Assembly: GCA_964016885.1 (NCBI GenBank)
Contig: OZ024743.1
Span: 132,618,001 to 132,682,000 of the forward strand
Length of the DNA stretch: 64,000 bases
Direction: 5' to 3'
DNA from: Eledone cirrhosa
Taxonomy: Eukaryota
This document shows positions 1 to 11,900 of this stretch, in pieces. Position numbers and translations under genes: made by a program. Below the pieces are notes generated by a model, which saw only the letters and a program-made list of their open reading frames with translations, ran no database searches and was not told the DNA's origin. Position 1 is the first letter of the stretch; each line of letters opens with the position of its first letter.

Positions 1-3000
1 CTTGGTGCTTGGTGTTTGGTGTTTGGTGCTTGGTGCTTGGTGCTTCGTGTTTGGTGTTTGGTGCTTGGTGTCTGGAGCTTGGTGTTTGGTGTTTGGTGCT
101 TGGTGTTTGGTGTTTGGTGCTTGGTGTTTGTTGCTTGGTACTTGGTGCATGGTGTTTGGTGCTGGGTGCTTGGTGTTTTGTGCTTGGTTCTTGGTGTTTG
201 GTGTTTGGTGCTTGGTACTTGGTGTCTGGAGCTTGGTGTTTGGTGTTTGGTGCTTGGTGTTTGGTGCTTGGTGCTTGGTGTTTGGTGTTTGGTGTTTGAT
301 GCTTGGTGTTTTATGCTTGGTGCTTGGTGTTTGGTGCTTGGTGTTTGTATTTGGTGCTTGGTGCTTGGTGTTTTGTGCTTGGTTCTTGGTGTTTGGTGTT
401 TGGTGCTTGGTACTTGGTGCTTGGTGTTATGTGTTTGGTGCTTGGTGCTTGGTGTTTGGTGTTTGGTCCTTGGTGCTTGGTGCTTGGTGTTTAGTGCTTG
501 GTGCTTGGTGTTTGTTGTTTGGTGCTTTCTGTTTGCTGCTTGGTGTTTGCTGCTTGGTGCTTGGTGCTTGGTGTTTGGTGTTTGGTGCTAGGTGCTTGGT
601 GTTTGGTGTTTGGTGTATGATGCTTGGTGTTTGGTGCTTGGTGTTTGGTGCTTGGTGCCTGGGGCTTGGTGTTTGGTGCTTGGTGCTTGGTGCTTGGTGT
701 TTGGTGCTTGGTGCTTGGTGTTTGGTGTTTGGTGTTTGGTGCTTGGTGGTTGGTGTTTGGTGCTTGGTGCTTGGTGCTGGGTGGTTGGTATTTGGTGCTT
801 GGTGCTTGGTGTTTGGTGCTTGGTGCTTGGTGCTTGGTGTTTGGTGGTGGTGCTTGGTGCTTGGTCTTTGGTGCTTGGTGTTTGGTGTTTGGTGCTTGGT
901 GCTTTGTGTTTGGTGCTTGGTGATTAGTGTTTGGTGCTTGGTACTTGGTGTTTGGTGCTTGGTGTTTGGTGTTTGCTGTTTGGTGTTTGGTGTTTGGTGT
1001 TTGCTGTTTGGTGTCTGCTTTTTGGTGTTTGGTGTTTGCTGTATGGTGTTTGCTGTTTCGTGTTTGGTGTTTGCTGTTTGGTGTTTGGTGTTTGCTGTTT
1101 GGTGTTTGGTCTTTGGTGCTTGGTGTTTGGTGCTTGGTGCTTGGTGTTTGGTGTTTGGTGCTTGGTGCTTGGTGCTTGGTGTTTGGTGCTTGGTGTCTGG
1201 TGCTTGGTGTCTGGTGCTTGGTGTTTGGTGTTTGGTGTTTGGTGCTTGGTGTTTGGTGTTTGGTGTTTGGTGTTTGGTGCTTGTTGCTTGGTGCTTGGTG
1301 CTTGGTGTTTGGTGCTTGGTGCTTGGTGTTTGGTGCTGGGTGCTTGGTGTTTGGTGCTTGGTACTTGGTGCTTGGTGTTTGGTGTTTGGTGCTTGGTGCT
1401 TGGTGTTTGGTGTTTGGTGTTATATTCTTGGTGTTTGATGCTTGGTGCTTGGTGCTTGGTGTTTGGTGTTTGGTGATTGGTGTTTTATGCTTGGTGTTTG
1501 ATGTTTGGTGCTTGGTGCTTGGTGTTTGGTGCTTGGTGCTTGGTGTTTGTACTTGGTGCTTGGTGCTTGGTTCTTGGTGTTTGGTGCTTGGTGCTTGGTG
1601 CTTGGTGCTTGGTGTTTGGTGCTTGGGGTTTGGTGCTTGGTGTTCGGTGCTTGCTGCCTGGTGCTTGGTGCTTGGTGCTTGGTGTTTGGTGCTTGGTGTT
1701 TGGTGCTTGGTATTAGGTGTTTGGTGCTTGGTGCTTGGTGTTTGGTGTTTGGTGCTTGGTGTTTGGTGCTTGGTGTTTGGTGTTTGGTGCTTGGTGTTTG
1801 GTGCTTGGTACTTGGTGCTTGGTGCTTGGTGTTAGGTGTTTGGTGCTTGGTGATTGGTGTTTGGTTTTTGGTGCTTGGTGCTTGGTGTTTGGTGTTTGGT
1901 GCTTGCTGCTGGCTGCTTGGTGTTTGGTGCTTGGTGATTGGTGCTTGGTGTTTGGTGCTTGGTGTTTGGTGTTTGGTACTAGGTGCTTGGTGCTTGGTGT
2001 TTGGTGCTTGGTGCTTGGTGTTTGGTGTTTGGTGCTTGGTGCTTGGTGTTTGGTGCTTGGTGCTGGGTTCTGGGTGGTTGGTGTTTGGTGCTTGGTGTTT
2101 GGTGCTGGGTGCTTGGTGTTTGGTGCTTGGTGCTTGGTCTTTGGTGTTTGGTGTTTGGTGTTTGGGGCTTGGTGCTTGGTGCTTAGTGTTTGGTGCTAGG
2201 TGCTTGGGGTTTGGTGTTTGGTGCTTGGTGCTTGGTGTTTGGTGCTTGGTGCTTGGTGTTTGGTGTTTGGTGCTTGGTGCTTGGTGTTTGGTGTTTCCTG
2301 TTTGCTGTTTGGTGTTTGGTGTTTGGTGTTTGCTGTTTGGTGTCTGCTTTTTGGGGTTTGGTGTTTGCTGTATGTTATTTGCTGTTTGGTGTTTGGTGTT
2401 TGGTGTTTGGTGCTTGGTGCTTGGTGTTTGGTGCTTGGTGCTTGGTGTTTGGTGCCTGGTGCTTGGGGCTTGGTGTTTGGTGTTTGGTGCTTGGTGCTTG
2501 GAGTTTGGTGTTTGGTGCTTGGTGCTTGGTGTTTTGTGTTTGGTGTTTGGTTTTTGTTGCTTGGTGCTTGGTGCTTGGTGCTTGGTCCTTGGTGTTTGGT
2601 GCTTGGTGCTTGGTGTTTGTACTTGGTGCTTAGTGCTTGGTGTTTGGTTCTTGGTTCTTGGTGTTTGGTACTTGGTGCTTGGTGCTTGGTGCTTGGTGTT
2701 TGGTGTTTGGTGCTTGGTGTTTGGTGCTTGGTGCTTGGTGCTTGGTGTTAGGTGTTTGGTGCTTGGTGCTTGGTGTTTGGTGCTTGGTGTTTGGTGTTTG
2801 CTGATTGCTGTTTGGTGTTTGGTGTTTGGTGTTTGGTGTTTGCTGTTTGGTGTTTGGTGTTTGGTGTTTGGTGTTTGCTGTATGGTGTTTGCTGTTTCGT
2901 GTTTGGTGTTTGCTGTTTTCTGTTTGGTGTTTGCTGTTTGGTGTTTGGTGTTTAGTGCTTGGTGTTTGGTGCTTGGTGCTTGGTGTTTGGTGTTTGGTGC

Positions 3001-5975
3001 TTGGTGCTTGGTGCTTCGTGTTTGGTGTTTGGTGCTTGGTGTCTGGAGCTTGGTGTTTGGTGTTTGGTGCTTGGTGTTTGGTGTTTGGTGCTTGGTGTTT
3101 GTTGCTTGGTACTTGGTGTTTGGTGTTTGGTGCTTGGTACTTGGTGTCTGGAGCTTGGTGTTTGGTGTTTGGTGCTTGGTGTTTGGTGCTTGGTGCTTGG
3201 TGTTTGGTGTTTGGTGTTTGATGCTTGGTGTTTTATGCTTGGTGCTTGGTGTTTGGTGCTTGGTGTTTGTATTTGGTGCTTGGTGCTTGGTGTTTTGTGC
3301 TTGGTTCTTGGTGTTTGGTGTTTGGTGCTTGGTACTTGGTGCTTGGTGTTAGGTGTTTGGTGCTTGGTGCTTGGTGTTTGGTGTTTGGTCCTTGGTGCTT
3401 GGTCCTTGGTGTTTAGTGCTTGGTGCTTGGTGTTTGTTGTTTGGTGCTTTCTGTTTGCTGCTTGGTGTTTGCTGCTTGGTGCTTGGTGCTTGGTGTTTGG
3501 TGTTTGGTGCTAGGTGCTTGGTGTTTGGTGTTTGGTGTTTGATGCTTGGTGTTTGGTGCTTGGTGTTTGGTGCTTGGTGCCTGGGGCTTGGTGTTTGGTG
3601 CTTGGTGCTTGGTGCTTGGTGTTTGGTGCTTGGTGCTTGGTGTTTGGTGTTTGGTGTTTGGTGCTTGGTGCTTGGTGTTTGGTGCTTGGTGCTTGGTGCT
3701 GGGTGGTTGGTATTTGGTGCTTGGTGCTTGGTGTTTGGTGCTTGGTGCTTGGTGCTTGGTGTTTGGTGGTGGTGCTTGGTGCTTGGTCTTTGGTGCTTGG
3801 TGTTTGGTGTTTGGTGCTTGGTGCTTTGTGTTTGGTGCTTGGTGATTAGTGTTTGGTGCTTGGTACTTGGTGTTTGGTGCTTGGTGTTTTGTGTTTGCTG
3901 TTTGCTGTTTGGTGTTTGGTGTTTGCTGTTTGGTGTCTGCTTTTTGGTGTTTGGTGTTTGCTGTTTCGTGTTTGGTGTTTGCTGTTTGGTGTTTGCTGTT
4001 TGGTGTTTGGTCTTTGGTGCTTGGTGTTTGGTGCTTGGTGCTTGGTGTTTGGTGTTTGGTGCTTGGTGCTTGGTGCTTGGTGTTTGGTGCTTGGTGTCTG
4101 GTGCTTGGTGTCTGGTGCTTGGTGTTTGGTGTTTGGTGTTTGGTGCTTGGTGTTTGGTGTTTGGTGTTTGGTGTTTGGTGCTTGTTGCTTGGAGCTTGGT
4201 GCTTGGTGTTTGGTGCTTGGTGCTTGGTGTTTGGTGCTGGGTGCTTGGTGTTTGGTGCTTGGTGCTTGGTGCTTGGTGTTTGGTGTTTGGTGCTTGGTGC
4301 TTGGTGTTTGGTGTTTGGTGTTATATGCTTGGTGTTTGATGCTTGGTGCTTGGTGCTTGGTGTTTGGTGTTTGGTGATTGGTGTTTTATGCTTGGTGTTT
4401 GATGTTTGGTGCTTGATGCTTGGTGTTTGGTGCTTGGTGCTTGGTGTTTGTACTTGGTGCTTGGTGCTTGGTTCTTGGTGTTTGGTGCTTGGTGCTTGGT
4501 GCTTGGTGCTTGGTGTTTGGTGCTTGGGGTTTGGTGCTTGGTGTTCGGTGCTTGCTGCCTGGTGCTTGGTGCTTGGTGCTTGGTGTTTGGTGCTTGGTGT
4601 TTGGTGCTTGGTATTAGGTGTTTGGTGCTTGGTGCTTGGTGTTTGGTGTTTGGTGCTTGGTGTTTGGTGCTTGGTGTTTGGTGTTTGGTGCTTGGTGTTT
4701 GGTGCTTGGTACTTGGTGCTTGGTGCTTGGTGTTAGGTGTTTGGTGCTTGGTGATTGGTGTTTGGTTTTTGGTGCTTGGTGCTTGGTGTTTGGTGTTTGG
4801 TGCTTGCTGCTGGCTGCTTGGTGTTTGGTGCTTGGTGATTGGTGCTTGGTGTTTGGTGCTTGGTGTTTGGTGTTTGGTACTAGGTGCTTGGTGCTTGGTG
4901 TTTGGTGCTTGGTGCTTGGTGTTTGGTGTTTGGTGCTTGGTGCTTGGTGTTTGGTGCTTGGTGCTGGGTTCTGGGTGGTTGGTGTTTGGTGCTTGGTGTT
5001 TGGTGCTGGGTGCTTGGTGTTTGGTGCTTGGTGCTTGGTCTTTGGTGTTTGGGGTTGGTGCTTGGTGCTTAGTGTTTGGTGCTAGGTGCTTGGGGTTTGG
5101 TGTTTGGTGCTTGGTGCTTGGTGTTTGGTGCTTGGTGCTTGGTGTTTGGTGTTTGGTGCTTGGTGCTTGGTGTTTGGTGTTTCCTGTTTGCTGTTTGGTG
5201 TTTGGTGTTTGGTGTTTGCTGTTTGGTGTCTGCTTTTTGGGGTTTGGTGTTTGCTGTATGTTATTTGCTGTTTGGTGTTTGGTGTTTGGTGTTTGGTGCT
5301 TGGTGCTTGGTGTTTGGTGCTTGGTGCTTGGTGTTTGGTGCCTGGTGCTTGGGGCTTGGTGTTTGGTGTTTGGTGCTTGGTGCTTGGAGTTTGGTGTTTG
5401 GTGCTTGGTGCTTGGTGTTTTGTGTGTGGTGTTTGGTTTTTGGTGCTTGGTGCTTGGTGCTTGGTGCTTGGTCCTTGGTGTTTGGTGCTTGGTGCTTGGT
5501 GTTTGTACTTGGTGCTTGGTGCTTGGTGTTTGGTTCTTGGTTCTTGGTGTTTGGTACTTGGTGCTTGGTGCTTGGTGCTTGGTGTTTGGTGTTTGGTGCT
5601 TGGTGTTTGGTGCTTGGTGCTTGGTGCTTGGTGTTAGGTGTTTGGTGCTTGGTGCTTGGTGTTTGGTGCTTGGTGTTTGGTGTTTGCTGATTGCTGTTTG
5701 GTGTTTGGTGTTTGGTGTTTGGTGTTTGCTGTTTGGTGTTTGGTGTTTGGTGTTTGGTGTTTGCTGTATGGTGTTTGCTGTTTCGTGTTTGGTGTTTGCT
5801 GTTTTCTGTTTGGTGTTTGCTGTTTGGTGTTTGGTCTTTGGTGCTTGGTGTTTGGTGCTTGGTGCTTGGTGTTTGGTGTTTGGTGCTTGGTGCTTGGTGC
5901 TTCGTGTTTGGTGTTTGGTGCTTGGTGTCTGGAGCTTGGTGTTTGGTGTTTGGTGCTTGGTGTTTGGTGTTTGGT
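1..5975 (+). repeat. ~2.9 kb tandem higher-order duplication (copy 1 ~1-2970, copy 2 ~2970-5860, start of a third copy to ~5975)
   Basis: The landmark CTTCGTG...CTGGAGC occurs at 43, 3014 and 5900. Matching ORFs: 303/3225 and 592/3514 (offset 2922), 1505/4406 and 1983/4884 (2901), 2190/5076 and 2752/5638 (2886). Confidence 0.92.
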
Positions 5976-8900
5976 GCTTGGTGCTTGGTGTTTGGTGCTT
6001 GGTGCTTGGTGTTTGTACTTGGTGCTTGGTGCTTGGTGTTTGGTGCTTGTTTCTTGGTGTTTGGTGCTTGGTGTTTGGTGCTTGGTGCTTGGTGTTTGGT
6101 GCTTGGTGCTTGGTGCTTGGTGCTTGGTGTTAGGTGTTTGGTGCTTGGTGCTTGGTGTTTGGTGTTTGGTTCTTGGTGCTTGGTATTTGGTGCTTGGTGC
6201 TTGCTACTTGGTGTTTGGTGCTTGGTGATTGATGCTTGGTGTTTGGTGCTTGGTGCTTGGTGTTTTGTTTTTGGTGCTAGGTGCTTGGTGCTTGGTGTTT
6301 GGTGCTTGGTGTTTGGTGTTTGGTGCTTGGTGCTTGGTGTTTGGTACTTGGTGCTTGGTGCTTGGTGTTTGGTGCTTGGTGCTTGGTGTTTGGTGTTTGG
6401 TGTTTGGTGCTTGGTGCTTGGTGTTTGGTGCTGGGTGCTTGGTGCTGGGTGGTTGGTGTTTGGTGCTTGGTGCTTGGTGTTTGGTGCTAGGTGCATGGTG
6501 CTTGGTGTTTGGTGCTTGGTGCTTGGTGCTTGGTCTTTGGTGTTTGGTGTTTAGTGCTTGGTGCTTGGTGCTTGGTGCTTGGTGCTTGGTCCTTGGTGTT
6601 TGGTGCTTGGTGCTTGGTGTTTGGTGTTTGGTGCTTGGTGCTTGGTGCTTCGTGTTTGGTGTTTGGTGCTTGGTGTCTGGAGCTTGGTGTTTGGTGTTTG
6701 GTGCTTGGTGCTTGGTGTTTGGTGCTTGGTGCTTGGTGTTTGGTGCTTGGTGCTTGGTGTTTGTACTTGGTGTTTGGTGCTTGGTGTTTGGTGCTTGGTT
6801 CTTGGTGTTTGGTGCTTGGTGTTTGGAGCTTGGTGCTTGGTGTTTGGTGCTTGGTGCTTGGTGTTTGTACTTGGTGCTTGGTGCTTGGTGTTTGGTGCTT
6901 GGTTCTTGGTGTTTGGTGCTTGGTGTTTGGAGCTTAGTGCTTGGTGTTTGGTGCTTGGTGCTTGGTGTTTGGTGTTTGGTGCTTGGTGCTAGGTGTTTGG
7001 TGCTTGGTGCTTGGTGTTTGGTGTTTGGTTCTTGGTGCTTGGTATTTGGTGCTTGGTGTTTGGAGCTTAGTGCTTGGTGTTTGGTGCTTGGTGCTTGGTG
7101 TTTGGTTTTTGGTGCTAGGTGCTTGGTGCTTGGTGTTTGTTGCTTGGTGTTTGGTGTTTGGTGCTTGGTGCTTGGGGCTTGGTGTTTGGTACTTTGTGCT
7201 TGGTGCTTGGTGTTTGGTGCTTGGTGCTTGGTGTTTGGTGTTTGGTGTTTGGTGCTTGGTGCTTGGTGTTTGGTGCTTGGTGCTTGGTGCTGGGTGGTTG
7301 GTGTTTGGTGCTTGGTGCTTGGTGTTTGGTGCTTGGTGCATGGTGCTTGGTGTTTGGTGCTTGGTGCTTGGTGCTTGGTCTTTGGTGTTTGGTGTTTAGT
7401 GCTTGGTGCTTGGTGCTTGGTGCTTGGTGCATTGTGATTAGTGTTTGGTGCTTGGTCCTTGGGGTTTGGTGTTTGGTGCTTGGTGCTTGGGGTTTGGTGC
7501 TGGGTACTTGGTGTTTGGTGCTTGGTGTTTGCTGTTTGCTGTTTGGTGTTTTTGGTGTTTGCTGTTTGCTGTTTGGTGTTTGCTCTATGGTGTTTGCTGT
7601 TTCATGTTTGGTGTTTGCTGTTTGGTGTTTGGTGTTTGCTGTTTGGTGTTTGGTCTTTGGTGCATGGTGTTTGGTGTTTGGTGCTTGGTGCTTGGTGCTT
7701 GGTGTTTGGTGTTTGGTGTTTGGTGCTTGGTGCCTGGTGCTTGTAGTTTGGTGATTGGTGCTTGGTGTTTGCTGTTTGGTGTTTGGTGCTTGGTGCTTGG
7801 TGCTTGGTGTTTGGTGCTTGGTGCTTGGTGTTTGGTGTGTGGTGCTTGGTGTTTGGTGCTTGGTGCCTGGTGCTTGTTGTTTGGTGCTTGGTGTTTGGTG
7901 TTTGGTGTTTGGTGCTTGGTGTTTGGTGCTTGGTGTTTGGTGTTTGGTGCTCGGTGCTTGGTGTTTGGTGTTTGATGCTTGGTGCTTGGTGCTTGGTGTT
8001 TGGTGTTTGCTGCTTGGTGTCTGGTGCTTGGTGCTGGGTGCTTGGTGTTTGGTGCTTGGTGTTTGGTGCTTGGTGCTTGGTGCTTGGTGTTAGGTGTTTG
8101 GTGCTTGGTGTTTGGTGTTTGGTGCTTCATGCTTGGTGCTTGGTGTTTGGTGCTTGGTGCTTGGTGTTTGGTGCTTGGTGCCTGGTGCATGGTGTTTGGT
8201 GCTTGATGCTTGGTGATTGGTGTTTGCTGTTAGGTGTTTGGTGCTTGGTGCTTGGTGTTTGGTGCTTGGTGCTTGGTGTTTGGTGTTTGGTGCCTGGTGA
8301 TTGGTGCTTGGTGTATGGTGCTTGGTGCTTGGTGTTTGGTGCTAGGTGCGTGGTGCTTGGTGCTTGGTGTTTGGTGCTTGGTGCTTGGTGTTTGGTGCTT
8401 GGCACTTGGGGCTTGGTGTTTGGTGCTTGGTGCTTGGTGCTTGGTGTTTGGTGCTTGGTGCTTGGTGTTTGGAGTTTGGTGCTTGGTGTTTGGTGCTTGG
8501 TGCTTGGTGCTGGGTGATTGGTGTTTGGTGCTTGGTGCTTGGTGTTTGGTGTTTGGCGCTTGGTGCTTGGTGCTTGGTGTTTGGTGCTTGGTGCTTGGTG
8601 CTTGGTCTTTGGTGCTTGGTGTTTGGTGTTTGGTGCTTGGTGCTTGGTGTTTGGTGCTTGGTGCTTGGTGATTAGTGTTTGGTGCTTGCTGCTTGGGGCT
8701 TGGTGTTTGGTGCTTGGTGCTTGGTGTTTGGTGCTTGGTGCTTGGTGTTTGGTGCTTGGTGTTTGGTTTTTGCTGTTTGGTGTTTGGTGTTTGGTGTTTG
8801 CTGTTTGCTGTTTGCTTTTTGGTGTTTGGTGTTTGCTGTATGGTGTTTGCTGTTTTGTGTTTATTGTTTGCTGTTTGGTGTTTGGTGTTTGGTGTTTGCT

Positions 8901-11900
8901 GTTTCCTGTTTGGTCTTTAGTCTTTGGTGCTTGGTGTTTGGTGCTTGGTGCTTGGTGTTTGGTTTGGTGCTTGGTGTTTGGTGCTTGGTGCTTGGTGTTT
9001 GGTATTTAGGGCTTGGTGATTGGTGCTTGGTGCTTGGTGTTTGGTGTTTGGTGCTTGGGGCTTGGTGTTTGGTGCTGCGTGCTTGGTGATTGGTGCTTGG
9101 TGCTTGGTGTTTTGTGTTTGGTGTTTGATGCTTGGTGTTTGGTGTTTGGTGCTTGGTGCTTGGTGTTTGGTGTTTGATGCTTGGTGCTTGATGCTTGGTG
9201 CTTGGTGCTTGGTGTTTGGTGCTTGGTGCTTGGTGTTTGTACTTGTTGCTTGGTGCTTGGTGTTTGGTGCTTGGTTTTTGGTGCTTGGTGTTTGGTGTTT
9301 GCTGTTTGCTGTTTGGTGCTTGGTGTTTGCTGTTTGGTGTTTGTTGTTTGGTGTTTGCTGTTTGGTGTTTGCTGTTTGGTGTTTGGTGCTTGCTGTTTGG
9401 TGCTTGGTGTTTGGTGCTTGGTGCTTAGTGTTTGGTGTTTGGTGTTTGGTGCTTGGTGCTTGGGGCTTGTTGTTTGGTGCTTGGTGCTTGGTGCTTGGTG
9501 CTTGGTGCATGGTGCTTGGTGCTTGGTGTTTGTCGCTTGGTGCTTGGTGCTTGGTGTTTGGTGCTTGGTGCTTAGTGCTTGGTGTTTGGTGCTTGGCGTC
9601 TGGTGCTTGGTGTCTGGTGCTTGGTGTTTGGTGTTTGGTGTTTGGTGCTTGGTGTTTGGTGTTTGGTGTTTGGTGTTTGGTGCTTGTTGCTTGGTGCTTG
9701 GTGCTTGGTGTTTGGTGCTTGGTGCTTGGTGTTTGGTGCTGGGTGCTTGGTGTTTAGTGCTTGGTGTTTGGTGCTCGGTGTTTGGTGTTTGGTGCTTGGT
9801 GCTTGGTGTTTGGTGCTTGGTACTTGGTGCTTGGTGCTTGGTGTTTGGTGTTTGGTGCTTGGTGTTTGGTGTTATATGCTTGGTGTTTGATGCTTGGTGC
9901 TTGGTGCTTGGTGTTTGGTGTTTGGTGATTGGTGTTTTATGCTTGGTGTTTGATGTTTGGTGCTTGGTGCTTGGTGTTTGGTGCTTGGTGCTTGGTGTTT
10001 GTACTTGGTGCTTGGTGCTTGGTTCTTGGTGTTTGGTGCTTGGTGCTTGGTGCTTGGTGCTTGGTGTTTGGTGCTTGGGGTTTGGTGCTTGGTGTTCGGT
10101 GCTTGCTGCCTGGTGCTTGGTGCTTGGTGCTTGGTGTTTGGTGCTTGGTGTTTGGTGCTTGGTATTAGGTGTTTGGTGCTTGGTGCTTGGTGTTTGGTGT
10201 TTGGTGCTTGGTGTTTGGTGCTTGGTGTTTGGTGTTTGGTGCTTGGTGTTTGGTGCTTGGTACTTGGTGCTTGGTGCTTGGTGTTAGGTGTTTGGTGCTT
10301 GGTGCTTGGTGTTTGGTTTTTGGTGCTTGGTGCTTGGTGTTTGGTGTTTGGTGCTTGCTGCTGGCTGCTTGGTGTTTGGTGCTTGGTGATTGGTGCTTGG
10401 TGTTTGGTGCTTGGTGTTTGGTGTTTGGTATTAGGTGCTTGGTGCTTGGTGTTTGGTGCTTGGTGCTTGGTGTTTGGTGTTTGGTGCTTGGTGCTTGGTG
10501 TTTGGTGTTTGGTGCTGGGTTCTGGGTGGTTGGTGTTTGGTGCTTGGTGTTTGGTGCTGGGTGCTTGGTGTTTGGTGCTTGGTGCTTGGTCTTTGGTGTT
10601 TGGTGTTTGGTGTTTGGGGCTTGGTGCTTGGTGCTTAGTGTTTGGTGCTAGGTGCTTGGGGTTTGGTGTTTGGTGCTTGGTGCTTGGTGTTTGGTGCTTG
10701 GTGCTTGGTGTTTGGTGTTTGGTGTTTGGTGCTTGGTGCTTGGTGTTTGGTGCTTGGTGCTGGGTGGTTGGTGTTTGGTGCTTGGTGCTTGGTGTTTCGT
10801 GCTAGGTGCATGGTGCTTGGTGTTTGGTGCTTGGTGCTTGGTGCTTGGTCTTTGGTGTTTGGTGTTTAGTGCTTGGTGCTTGGTGCTTGGTGCTTGGTGC
10901 TTGGTCCTTGGTGTTTGGTGCTTGGTGCTTGGTGTTTGGTGTTTGGTGCTTGGTGCTTGGTGCTTCGTGTTTGGTGTTTGGTGCTTGGTGTCTGGAGCTT
11001 GGTGTTTGGTGTTTGGTGCTTGGTGTTTGGTGTTTGGTGCTTGGTGCTTGGTGTTTGGTGCTTGGTGCTTGGTGTTTGTACTTGGTGCTTGGTGCTTGGT
11101 GTTTGGTGCTTGGTTCTTGGTGTTTGGTGCTTGGTGTTTGGAGCTTGGTGCTTGGTGTTTGGTGCTTGGTGCTTGGTGTTTGTACTTGGTGCTTGGTGCT
11201 TGGTGTTTGGTGCCTGGTTCTTGGTGTTTGGTGCTTGGTGTTTGGAGCTTGGTGCTTGGTGTTTGGTGCTTGGTGCTTGGTGTTTGGTGTTTGGTGCTTG
11301 GTGCTTGGTGTTTGGTGTTTGGTGCTTGGTGTTTGGTGTTTGGTGCTTGGTGCTTGGTGTTTGTTGCTTGGTACTTGGTGCATGGTGTTTGGTGCTGTGT
11401 GCTTGGTGTTTTGTGCTTGGTTCTTGGTGTTTGGTGTTTGGTGCTTGGTACTTGGTGTCTGGAGCTTGGTGTTTGGTGTTTGGTGCTTGGTGTTTGGTGC
11501 TTGGTGCTTGGTGTTTGGTGTTTGGTGTTTGATGCTTGGTGTTTTATGCTTGGTGCTTGGTGTTTGGTGCTTGGTGTTTGTATTTGGTGCTTGGTGCTTG
11601 GTGTTTTGTGCTTGGTTCTTGGTGTTTGGTGTTTGGTGCTTGGTACTTGGTGCTTGGTGTTAGGTGTTTGGTGCTTGGTGCTTGGTGTTTGGTGTTTGGT
11701 CCTTGGTGCTTGGTCCTTGGTGTTTAGTGCTTGGTGCTTGGTGTTTGTTGTTTGGTGCTTTCTGTTTGCTGCTTGGTGTTTGCTGCTTGGTGCTTGGTGC
11801 TTGGTGTTTGGTGTTTGGTGCTAGGTGCTTGGTGTTTGGTGTTTGGTGTTTGATGCTTGGTGTTTGGTGCTTGGTGTTTGGTGCTTGGTGCCTGGGGCTT

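Noticed and set aside
1419-1426. TATA-like TTATAT motifs as promoters and T5 runs as terminators
   Set aside because: They are in-register substitution variants of the heptamer, with no hairpin and no adjacent gene.
1713-1717. Scattered TTAGG pentamers (insect telomere motif)
   Set aside because: They are always single and arise from the TAGGTGT variant following a T-ending unit. They are never in tandem.
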